Assembly: GCA_041260205.1 (NCBI GenBank)
Contig: CM083809.1
Span: forward strand, 1,922,001 to 1,986,000
Length of the DNA stretch: 64,000 bases
Direction: 5' to 3'
Origin: Tritrichomonas foetus
Lineage: Eukaryota
This document shows, piece by piece, positions 13,051-23,511 of the stretch. The first letter of the stretch is position 1, and the number at the start of each line of letters is the position of its first letter. The notes beneath the pieces are model-generated. The model searched no databases. It saw nothing but the letters and a program-made list of their open reading frames with translations, and was not told the DNA's origin. Position numbers and translations under genes: made by a program.

Positions 13051-14097
13051 TTAAGAGTCAATCGGGTGAAGGCAAGAAGCGATTGGCGTAGTTCCATCAA
13101 GTCTCAATTTTGGAGACAAGAATGGAAGCGGCTTTAAGGCTATTGCTGTTCCCCTTAATCCCCAGTTCTTTTTGATGCCAGTTTCGTTAATATCAGGAAA
13201 ACCAACCATACTTGAAATTGGAGAAATGCTGTCATTGTTCAAATTCATGCTAATATCGTCAATTCTACCAACTTGGTTGAAACTATTCAAATTTAAGTTG
13301 AGATTGAAATTGGGCGGAGGACCGAGTGAGAAGTTATTCAACATGCTTGAATTTTCCGTTGTTAGAGGCGGTGTGAGGGCTGATGTTAGAGTTGCGAGAG
13401 TTGCTGTCGATGGAAGATGTTTCAGCATTTCGTGCTGTTTGAAAAGTTCGCTTGTTGTACTGCATAATGGATTGGTTCTTTCTAATCCGAGAAAGTTAGA
13501 TTGGTGATTTAAAGCGGTTGACGTTGTTTTGCTTATTTGCTTGTAATGATATCGACATTGAATGTCGCTTCGATTTCCGAGTTTCGATGCAATCTTGGCC
13601 CACGAATTTTCCCCAAATATTTGAACAAGCTCGATCAATTTCTGGTCTTCTTCTGGCGACCAACTTTTCTTACAAATTTTTGGGTTTAAACCGCGAGACC
13701 ATCGTTGATAACATTGGCTTCGATTTCGACAACCGCCAACGAAGTCTGCAACGGCTCCCCAATTATCGAGACCGTAACGATATATTCCACCGATAAGTCT
13801 ATCGTCTTCGAACTTGGTCCACATTCGCAATTTGTTTTGTGAATCGGATGGGGGAAAAGGTTGCTCGGGGAGGTCAAGAATACCTCGAACGCGAACGAGT
13901 GAATCATAATCACCAACTTCAGCATTCAAAGCGGCTGCGCATTCGTCAAACGTGATTTTATTTTTGATGAAATTTTGGAGGAGATTTTTGCAGGCTTCGT
14001 ATGAAGAAGCGGAGACTTCCGGGTTGGCTGACTCGATTATGGAAAGACCTAATTCGATTAAGACAGTAAGGCAGCTATTGCTGTCGCTTCCGTCCAT
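13051..14097 (-). CDS. R2R3 Myb transcription factor
   Basis: WTKFEDDRL..YGLDNWGAVA..RNRSQCYQRW and WSPEEDQKL..FGENSWAKIA..RSDIQCRYHY; ATG at 14097. Confidence 0.92.
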   Translation of the reverse strand: MDGSDSNSCLTVLIELGLSIIESANPEVSASSYEACKNLLQNFIKNKITFDECAAALNAEVGDYDSLVRVRGILDLPEQPFPPSDSQNKLRMWTKFEDDRLIGGIYRYGLDNWGAVADFVGGCRNRSQCYQRWSRGLNPKICKKSWSPEEDQKLIELVQIFGENSWAKIASKLGNRSDIQCRYHYKQISKTTSTALNHQSNFLGLERTNPLCSTTSELFKQHEMLKHLPSTATLATLTSALTPPLTTENSSMLNNFSLGPPPNFNLNLNLNSFNQVGRIDDISMNLNNDSISPISSMVGFPDINETGIKKNWGLRGTAIALKPLPFLSPKLRLDGTTPIASCLHPIDS

Positions 14098-15677
14098 CCT
14101 CAATTTGATTTATGAAAGTTTTCTTTATTTCGGTACGAAAATATTTTGAGAAGAATTCTTTTATTCAAGAAAATTTTCTCAAAATTGTAAAAATGTAAAA
14201 ATTATTTTTTCGATTTTTCTTTATCAATGATTGAATAATTGAAATACGAATAAAATATGTTTGTGAAAATAAAAAGAATCTATTAAACTTTTTGTAATAT
14301 ATTGAAATCTCTTTTAAGAGCCTGATATTCTTAATGCTCTAATAAATAATTCAATAGTAGAATTCATCGCGTACTTTTGTAACTTTTTCAGGAGATATTG
14401 GCTATTAATTGAATAATAATGTAAAATATATTTTAACAAAAATTGAAAGAGATAAAAAATTCTAATTATGTTTTATTTTATCTGCGGGGTGAATTTTCAA
14501 CTTTTGAATTGTATATTATAAATTGAAATGAAATTATTTCCTTTTCAATAAATCATTTAACGAGATTGTATTTCCATAGGTCATGTTGCAAATGATAAGA
14601 TAAATATGTTTTTAAATAGAATATAAAATATAATAATGATACCATATAGTGTTGTGCACAGATAATTAATTAGTATTAAGATATAGCTAAAAACATTTTA
14701 ATGTATGCAACAATATAAAAGAAATCATAGGATTGAAATTTACAACGATTTTATTGATTTCTTTGCTATGGATCCTTTTAAAAAGTTACATTTAAAATAA
14801 CAATATTATCAATCAATCAATCAATCTTTGAAAAAAAATAAAAATTGTATATGCATCTTCACAGAAAAATTGAGAAATCATAATCTAATTTTATCGGTCT
14901 GGTAACATCTTAGAATGATTATTTCTATTTTTTAATTTGATTCTCTTTCCAAATAAACTGAAATAACTTTCATTGCATGTCTTGATAACAAGAGTAAACG
15001 AAAAACATCTTTTTCAATGATATGCAAGAAAGATTTGATATGTTGGATTTACAATATCTAGATTAATGAGGAAAATGGTAAGATTCATAAACACACTATT
15101 CATAATCAAATTTGTGAGTTTGTTCATACTGTAACGATTTTTCATTTTTCTTTGCATAATAATTTATATATTCAGTTTCAAAGAGAATATTCGTCATTTC
15201 AGACATGTGTCATTAATTCCCTGACAGGATCGTATTTTACACAAAATTGAGACATACATCAGTAATACTCAGAATGAAGCTGTTTATATACATGGTACAT
15301 ATCATGAAACAATTTATATCAAACATCAACTTTTCCCCATGCTTTTTGATCAAATTTTCCCCCTTTGATTTGGAAAGTGTGCTTTTTCGTTTTTATCATT
15401 TTTCGAAACACCAGTGAAGATCATGGACAATCAAACTAGAACATGGTGAATTTTATTTTTCATTCACTGAATGTCATTTCTCCCATTGATTAATAAATTA
15501 TGTCAAGCATTTACTGAAGATGATTTCTGGAAAGAATGAATTCAAATTCGAATTGCAGGATGAAAAATCAGTCTGAAAATGTAAATAAATGAAAGAAAAA
15601 GAAAACGATTTACTAAACCGTATCAAACAAAGAAAGTTATATGCAAATTCACATAATTATAAGACACAGAAAAAAGT

Positions 15678-17000
15678 TCAAATATCACATAGATGATTCA
15701 ATGACTCAAGCTTGTATTTTTTTTCTTGTTGTACATTGAAATCCTCGAGCATTTCAGTTAATTTGTTATCGTGATTTAATGTTTCCAGATGTACGTATGC
15801 ATGCTCAATATCATCAACTCTCTCAAGTCTTTTCTGAAGAGAATCTGCCACCCAAAGGGCTGCTTCTGTACTTACATCATTGTTCACAATAATATGAACA
15901 TCAGCAAAGTAATTTGGACCAATTTGATAAGCAACAACACTTGATACACTTTTAATGAGTGGATGATGATGTGCTGCAACGTATGTCAAATTCCGAATAA
16001 TTTCAGGTGGTGAAATCACACCGATTAATGCTTTAGCATTTTCAAGCGCATTTTTCGCCCATGAATTCAATACAAAAAGTGATAACAAAAGTCCACCAAG
16101 TGAATCCATCCACCAGTAAAAATGACACCCTCCATAGTACATAAATAATCCAAACGAGTTTGTGAATACATCATTTCGATGATCTTCTGCTAAAGTGATT
16201 GTTATTGGATGATCTAACCAATTATAAACAAACCACATACAAAATTTGACACAAATTGTCATAATCATTATAAAAACTGCTGTTCCTGTTGTTGGTGGGG
16301 CATTTTCATGTGCAAGGAGTGAATGAACACATTGTAAAATTATAAAAACAGCACAACAACTCATCAAAACTGAAAACACAAGGATTCCAATTGTAGAAAT
16401 TCGACTTTTCCCAACAGGATAGTTTTGTTTGTCATTTTCAGTAGTCTTTGAATTCGCTGCTGTGCATGATATGATGATCCCTGCAATGATGTCTAAGCAA
16501 GAATCTGCTAATGATGACATGATGGTATAAGATGCAGATGTTGACATGGCAAGTGCTTTTCCAATAAGCAACATGAAATTTAATCCAAATGAGCAATATG
16601 TTGCACACCTGATGCAGAAGTTGGCTTCATTCTTATCTTCGATTTCCGAATCATAATCGGGTGGCTGATTTAACTCATTTATGACATTTATCCATTCACC
16701 TACGTCATGATAATACCTTTTTATTTGGTTATGCGTCTGCTTGGCAATATTTGATGATGGATGAAATTCTGTTTCAGAAATTGCTGCTTCCATTTCTTCG
16801 ATTGATCTGTTTGGAATAATGCTGTCGAAATCATTCTTGTTGAACTTCAATCTTTTGTCGAAGGGGGATGATTGATAGTTGCCATTAATTTGAATTTTTT
16901 GGGCGCAGTCATTGCAGAGAGGTATTTGATTGGGATTATGTGTGATTTGGTGACACATAAAGCAGAGGGAGGTGGAGCTTGATGAATCACATTCGGACAT
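15678..17000 (-). CDS. Cation diffusion facilitator (MTP/Mn-CDF-like) transporter
   Basis: SSLADSCLD, YPVGKSR, AEDHRNDV, C-terminal AYVHLE dimerisation domain, 5-6 TM segments. Confidence 0.9.
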   Translation of the reverse strand: MSECDSSSSTSLCFMCHQITHNPNQIPLCNDCAQKIQINGNYQSSPFDKRLKFNKNDFDSIIPNRSIEEMEAAISETEFHPSSNIAKQTHNQIKRYYHDVGEWINVINELNQPPDYDSEIEDKNEANFCIRCATYCSFGLNFMLLIGKALAMSTSASYTIMSSLADSCLDIIAGIIISCTAANSKTTENDKQNYPVGKSRISTIGILVFSVLMSCCAVFIILQCVHSLLAHENAPPTTGTAVFIMIMTICVKFCMWFVYNWLDHPITITLAEDHRNDVFTNSFGLFMYYGGCHFYWWMDSLGGLLLSLFVLNSWAKNALENAKALIGVISPPEIIRNLTYVAAHHHPLIKSVSSVVAYQIGPNYFADVHIIVNNDVSTEAALWVADSLQKRLERVDDIEHAYVHLETLNHDNKLTEMLEDFNVQQEKKYKLESLNHLCDI

Positions 17001-17641
17001 TTTCCAACTTTTTCTATAGTCTAACACTTGTCATCATTTAAAAAGTTAAACTTTTTTAGTCAACCATTTCGTATTTCTATGAAAAACTTTCATTACTTTG
17101 TATAGCAAGTTAAAAAAATGTGAGCATGTTTGAATGGGATTTGGCAAAATGAAGCAGCTTTGTGAGTATTACAGTACATATGAAACACTCCTCAATCGTC
17201 TTATTATGCTTAGATTTTGCATAATTATATTTTCATTATTGGAGATAAATACTATCAAAGATTTTTTCGCAGAAATTTTCATCAGATTTGTAAAAAATTG
17301 TCTTTCTTTCTTGTGTACATTTGAATGACGTAAAATATTTTGTATGATACGATAACTCACTTTTTCTTGATAAATCAAAATTACATCATCTCAGAGAAAT
17401 ATGTATTGCCAAAGCCCGATCAAAGATTGAATTAATAGATGAACAAGAGCTTTCCTTTCATCTCTTGGCACAAATATTCGTTCATTCTGCAGAAAATAAA
17501 TTATTGAACATTTCTTTTTATGAATGAAATTTTTAAAAATGCATGTTTACTTTCATATAGTTGATTGAATACAATCTCACTTAGTATCAATGAACAGAAA
17601 AATGATAATCTTTTTCATCATCTTTTTGTCCAATACGGAAA

Positions 17642-17735
17642 AACATTAAATTGATTGATGGACATTAAGCTGATTGTTGAGCACTAAATTGATTGATGAA
17701 CATTAAACTGATTGTTGAACATTAAATTGATTGAT
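17642..17735. repeat. 19-bp tandem repeat, about 5 degenerate copies
   Basis: aacattaaattgattgatg-like units downstream of the FHA gene. Confidence 0.7.
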
Positions 17736-17933
17736 TAGAATGATATCTGTGTTTTAAACACTATGGAACATAAAAAACTGGTTTTCACCTTTAAACAAAA
17801 CAAGGATAGGAAAATGAAGTCATATTATTTCTTTATATAAAAATAGTGAAAATTATTTCATTTTTTTTCGATTCAAATATTCTTAAATTCAATAATGAAA
17901 ACATATGTTTTGGGCGATATTTCAAATGCTTAC

Positions 17934-18998
17934 TTAAGTACGGGTATTGCGGAGGTTGTTCATCAATTCACGATTCTCGAAAAACACAAATGGTGCTCCG
18001 CCAATATCAATCATGTCTCCATCATTGAGCTTTATAAACTTGCCCTTGCTGAATGAAACTCCATTTACGATGACTGTGCTTCCAATGCATTCAGCGTAAA
18101 ATGATAAATCTGTTGCAATTGATATTGCGCAATGTATTCTTGATATGCTCTGTAGATTAAATTCAGCTAAATCAACATCAGGTGTGCATTTTGGAGAAGC
18201 CCTTCCAAACACCGTTCGACACTTTTCAACCAACTTTACGCTTCCTGAAGTCACGAGTGCAGCAAACGATCTCTTGTTCATTTTTTCATAGGCTTTTGCT
18301 CGCATTGTTTCGATGGAAAAGTCTGGCTGTGGTTCATCATCTTTTTCTTTTGTGGGAAAGGCCAAAAGTTTCTCAATTTCACCTTTTATGGTATTACGAT
18401 AGGCTTCGTCTTCTGGATTAGCACTTCCATTATTTATACTTTCAAGATAAGCTGACTGGTCGCTTTTATTGTCATTTGTTGATGAATTTCCGATATCGAA
18501 AATTCCTGGAAATGGCAGGAGATTCAAGCCCTGGCATTCATCTCTGATTTTTTCGACTGATGCATTAAATTGGTTGTGCTGTTCGGAAATTGTGCTGTGG
18601 TCTTTCGATTTCAATCTGACAAATGTGGCGTTTAATGATGAGGCCGTCCGCGAGGGGTGGAAAAGCATTGGGTATTTGAGAAGAAATTGCGAATGGTTAC
18701 ATTTTCGATTATTATGGACGAGTCGAATAAGCGAAAGATTTTCATGGCGAGTCCACGGGATTGGCTTGTAGCCAATTATATCGTTGCGGCACTCACTGTT
18801 CACTCTGGCAATAAGATCTGGATTGTTGATGATTTCGAGGAAGCGGGAAACGATCGCTTCAGGACGTTTATTTGATAACATTGGAATGGTTCTTTGGAAC
18901 TCAGAAAATGGGCAACAGAGAAGCAACCAGACAACAAAAGCATCATCGGATTGAGACCATTTGATTGTCGTGCGTGGGTCTGGAGCAGCTTCTGTCAT
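17934..18998 (-). CDS. FHA-domain protein, microspherule protein (MCRS1)-like
   Basis: N-terminal WSQSDD and FHPSRTASSL; C-terminal FHA motifs FGRAS..DVDL..ISRIH..VNG..LNDGDMIDIG. Confidence 0.8.
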   Translation of the reverse strand: MTEAAPDPRTTIKWSQSDDAFVVWLLLCCPFSEFQRTIPMLSNKRPEAIVSRFLEIINNPDLIARVNSECRNDIIGYKPIPWTRHENLSLIRLVHNNRKCNHSQFLLKYPMLFHPSRTASSLNATFVRLKSKDHSTISEQHNQFNASVEKIRDECQGLNLLPFPGIFDIGNSSTNDNKSDQSAYLESINNGSANPEDEAYRNTIKGEIEKLLAFPTKEKDDEPQPDFSIETMRAKAYEKMNKRSFAALVTSGSVKLVEKCRTVFGRASPKCTPDVDLAEFNLQSISRIHCAISIATDLSFYAECIGSTVIVNGVSFSKGKFIKLNDGDMIDIGGAPFVFFENRELMNNLRNTRT

Positions 18999-20012
18999 GT
19001 AGAATGGTAAATGCCAATTCTTGAATATTCTCAATAAGTTAAATTGGCATATTTAAATCGAAGAATTTTTTTGAGCACATTCAAAATTCTGGAGTCGATT
19101 GAAAAAGTTGAGCATCAATTCATCAACGGAAAAATGTTTATTATCAAATCGCTTGAAAACATTAGAATTAGAACGATAATTAGGATTATAATCCAAAATT
19201 AGAAATTACCTATACAGTTGTATGTAGAAAATATAATATCAGGATTCAATCCTTTTTGAAATTCCCAGAATTTTGGGATTTTGATTCACAACTAATCATT
19301 GATAAAACTATTAATTTTCAAAGTGTAATATGAGTAAATCGAATTGAATTCAATTCTTTTATCATATTTTCTATTTTATAAAGATGCTCTTTTGAAAGAT
19401 TCAAAGATTTTAAAAGAATTTTTGCTATATTGATATAAATGTGATTTTATTCTACTTTTTGCATATCATCTCGCAATTTAGGAAAGTTTCGATTTATACA
19501 ATTTAACTTTTTTTTCTGCTTTACTTAAAATCATTATATGATTTCGAACAAGTTCATTGGTTATATTAGAGATCGAAGGGGAAAATTGAATAAAGCAACT
19601 ATTAGGGAGTGAATTCAAAATAGTAAAGTTGAAATCTTATAATATTTCACTGGTATGAATTTCTTTATAAAGAAATAGAACATTTACTTGGTTTGTTTGT
19701 AAGATGTGTTATTAATTTTCAAGTTGGAAAGTACTTCTGTGTTAATTTGCCATAGAAATTTGAATGGAGGCATTGCTTCAATTTTTCCTAACTAAATCAA
19801 ATCACTTTTTTCGGAGAATCGATATCGATTGTGCATCTTTTGCTCTGCATTATTGGATTTACCAACATTCATCAATTTCATTGTCAAACTTAATTTTAAA
19901 GGCAATACAACAAAGTAATGATGCCACTTTCGATATATTTTGTCAATTCACCTTGTGAATTCCTAAAATTTGGACCTATTTTTTGAGATTTTTTATTTGT
20001 CAAATAAAGTAA

Positions 20013-20591
20013 ATGTCTATTTCTGAAAGTACTCCAAAGCCAATTAAAGTTTCATTCATTGGCGATACAAACACAGGAAAAACATCAATCATTTTCAGAT
20101 ATCTGAATGAATCATTTGATGATGAGATATCAGCTACATTTGGTGCAGATGCATATCATATAACTGTAAAAGATACACCAATAGTTATTTTTGATACAGT
20201 TGGTCAAGAAAGATACAAGTCAGTAACTAAATCATTTTTGAGAAATTGTGATGTTGTTGTTCTTGTTTATGATGTTACATCACAAGATTCATTTGATTCA
20301 TTAAAATATTGGATTGAAGTCGTATCAGAAGAAACAAACTATGATGAAAAAGAAATCATTATTGTTGGAAACAAAATAGATTTATATGACAGTGTTGAAG
20401 TCGAGTATGAAACAAGCCTGATGTTTTGTCAAACAAATAAAATTGAGAATTTCATCGAAACAAGTGCCGAAAATGGTCAAAATATTGATGAATTATTCGA
20501 AATGGTTGCAGATTTGGCTAATAATCTCACATCATTTGAGTGTAAAAATGTTCGACTTCAAGATACAAAGAATGAATCTCATTGTTGTTAA
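20013..20591 (+). CDS. Rab-family small GTPase
   Basis: GDTNTGKTS, DTVGQE, NKID, ETSA, C-terminal CC prenylation motif. Confidence 0.95.
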   Translation: MSISESTPKPIKVSFIGDTNTGKTSIIFRYLNESFDDEISATFGADAYHITVKDTPIVIFDTVGQERYKSVTKSFLRNCDVVVLVYDVTSQDSFDSLKYWIEVVSEETNYDEKEIIIVGNKIDLYDSVEVEYETSLMFCQTNKIENFIETSAENGQNIDELFEMVADLANNLTSFECKNVRLQDTKNESHCC

Positions 20592-21561
20592 ATTAAATGA
20601 TATTATCACAATCACCATTTGTTGAAACCTTGATTTTTTTCACTTTTCAATTTGGTGTTCTTAAAAAAGAAATGACACTTATATTTGCTTTTTTATAATG
20701 ATATATATACTTCCCGAAATATTGTATATTTATTTAAAAATGAGAAATACATAATAGATATCCATTTATTGGATAAAATTGTAGGAATGTCACTAATGTA
20801 ATAGATTGAATCTAAACAAAATTGTCTATCTAATATATCAGGAGCGATAAAGTTGTTCTTTTATATCAATAAATTTAACAATCACAAAAAAATCACCTCT
20901 AGAGGTGATATGCATACATTCAATTCATACAAAATAAAAAATAAATTTGTTATCATTGGGTTATCAATTAATTCCATAAAAAATGACTATCATTATTTTA
21001 TTCTCTTTGATGTCTTTTTATTTTTACAGCTTTTTCCTACATTATTTCACCATGGTGAGTATGTCATGATCGTGAAAATAGCCATGATTATGGAAAATAG
21101 GTTCAGAAAAATTCTATTCATTCAAAATAGATAATAGAATTAATACAAAATTGTATTAACATGCTTTTTTTCAAAAGATTCACACCCTTTCTGAGTAACT
21201 TTTTCTTTATATCACTGAAAAGAAAAAATATGTTAGAATGATATAAAATATCTATTCATAGGGCAAGGAAATATGTTCACGATTCAAGATGCCTTTTGTA
21301 TTCAATTTTTTCAGACTTATTTGAATTTGGTGTTTCATCTTTTCATTTCTCATTCAACTTTTTCAAAATATCACCAATGAAAAAGTTTTTAGATTAATAT
21401 TCATTCAAACGATCGAAACAAAATTTTTAGAAAAAGTTAATTCAATTCAAAATTTCACTAATCTATCAATCACCCAATATTTAGGTGAAAAAAGGTCAAA
21501 GCTCTGGCATAAAAAGGAAGAATTCATTGAAAAATTTGTTAATTTTGTCTATATTTCCCAA

Positions 21562-22185
21562 ATGAATTATGAGTTAATCGCGAACATAGCAGACACCATT
21601 GGAATGGGTTCTTTCGTCTTTCTTCTCCTCGTTTTCGCTTTTTCGCCAATTTTCAATACCATCCATCTCCTCGGCGCTCACAATCAATTCTATAAAATAT
21701 TATTTGGGCCAAACCCAGAACGATGCCTTATGGCGGCCGTATCTTTCGGTTATATATTTCTCATCTGCGGCATTATTATTATTTCGCTTGCCTGTTGCTC
21801 AACTTTTTTCGAATATCGCATCGCATATATAATCACAGTTGTTGTTGCTGGATTCAGTTTGGGTATTGTTGCGTCAATTGCAGCTTTTTTCGGATACATC
21901 AACCCCGACAAATGCAACGAATACGAACTTTATCTAATTCTCGGCCTATTTTCGAACACGACTTACCCGCCACTCGAAGAATGGAAACTAGAAAACAGAT
22001 GCTTGGAGCCAGCCGATTGCCTTGTTCCAGCTCACAATTACATCCAAACGAAATGCAGAACTCCATTTACCGTAAATTTATCAGTAGAGTGTGCTTCAGT
22101 TGCACTTATTATAATTGTTTCTATTTGCACATCACTTACGCAATGTGTTTTACCACAAGATGAACACACTCCTGTTGAAGTGTGA
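21562..22185 (+). CDS. Tetraspanin-like four-TM membrane protein
   Basis: Four hydrophobic segments with a Cys-containing large loop between TM3 and TM4. Confidence 0.6.
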   Translation: MNYELIANIADTIGMGSFVFLLLVFAFSPIFNTIHLLGAHNQFYKILFGPNPERCLMAAVSFGYIFLICGIIIISLACCSTFFEYRIAYIITVVVAGFSLGIVASIAAFFGYINPDKCNEYELYLILGLFSNTTYPPLEEWKLENRCLEPADCLVPAHNYIQTKCRTPFTVNLSVECASVALIIIVSICTSLTQCVLPQDEHTPVEV

Positions 22186-22933
22186 AACTTTCCTCATATG
22201 TTCATATTTTTACATGCCTTGTTTTACCACAAGATGAACACACTCCTTTTGAAGTGTGAAATTTTCATCATATATTCATATTTTTACATGCCTTGTTTCA
22301 CCACAAGATGAACACACTCCTTCTGAAGTGTGGAACTTTCCTCATATGTTCATATTTTTACATGCCTTGTTTTACCACAAGATGAACACACTCCTTTTGA
22401 AGTGTGAAATTTTCATCATATGTTCATATTTTTACATGCCTTGTTTCACCACAAGATGAACACACTCCTTCTGAAGTGTAGAACTTTCATCATATGTTCA
22501 TATTTTTACATGCCTTGTTTCACCACAAGATGAACACACTCCTTTTGAAGTGTGAAATTTTCATCATATGTTCATATTTTTACATGCCTTGTTTCACCAC
22601 AAGATGAACACACTCCTTTTGAAGTGTAGAACTTTCATCATATGTTCATATTTTTACATGCCTTGTTTCACCACAAGATGAACACACTCCTTTTGAAGTG
22701 TGAAACTTTCATCATATGTTCATATTTTTACATGCCTTGTTTCACCACAAGATGAACACACTCCTTTTGAAGTGTGAAATTTTCATCATATGTTCATATT
22801 TTTACATGCCTTGTTTCACCACAAGATGAACACACTCCTTTTGAAGTGTGAAATTTTCCTCATATGTTCATATTTTTACATGCCTTGTTTCACCACAAGA
22901 TGAACACACTCCTTTTGAAGTGTGGAATTTCCT
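22145..22933 (+). repeat. 74-bp tandem repeat, about 11 copies, starting within the tetraspanin C-terminus
   Basis: CCACAAGATG recurs at 22153, 22227, 22301 ... 22893 with an exact 74-bp period. Confidence 0.95.
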
Positions 22934-23341
22934 CAATTTTTGTTGATTTGTTCAACTACATCATTAACGGAAAATTGGAATTTTTGAATGAATCAGATTT
23001 ACAATTGATTGTTTAACTACATGCCAATATTTTTGCGAAAGGAACTGTAACATTTAATTAGATAAACTTTTTTTGAATTTTCTTCTTATCCAGTAACTTC
23101 ATATATTGAAGATTTTATGTAGATCTGCTACAAAGAAACTGAAGATTGATTTCAAAATTATCAATATTACGATTATAAATAAAGTCAGGAAATAACAATA
23201 TGCATGATTATGATGTTTTTGTGGATTTATGATGATTAGTCTATTTCTGATGTTGTAAGCTTCTCATCAAAATTTTCGAAATTTTCTGTTCATACTATTC
23301 ATCTTGTGACTCTATCATTTGTCCACACACGCACGAATAAT

Positions 23342-23372
<31 letters not shown>

Positions 23373-23511
23373 CTTTGAGATCCTTTTACTCGTCAGCATA
23401 CGAGACCTCATGTATTGATGAAATTATATTTATGGAAGCATTATACTCTGGCATTTTTAGTGGAAGTTAATCAATAAAGAAATAAAAACTAAGTTTTTCG
23501 AATTAATATCA

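Noticed and set aside
22145..22933. CRISPR-like appearance of the 74-bp and 65-bp arrays
   Set aside because: No unique spacers, no cas genes, eukaryotic context.
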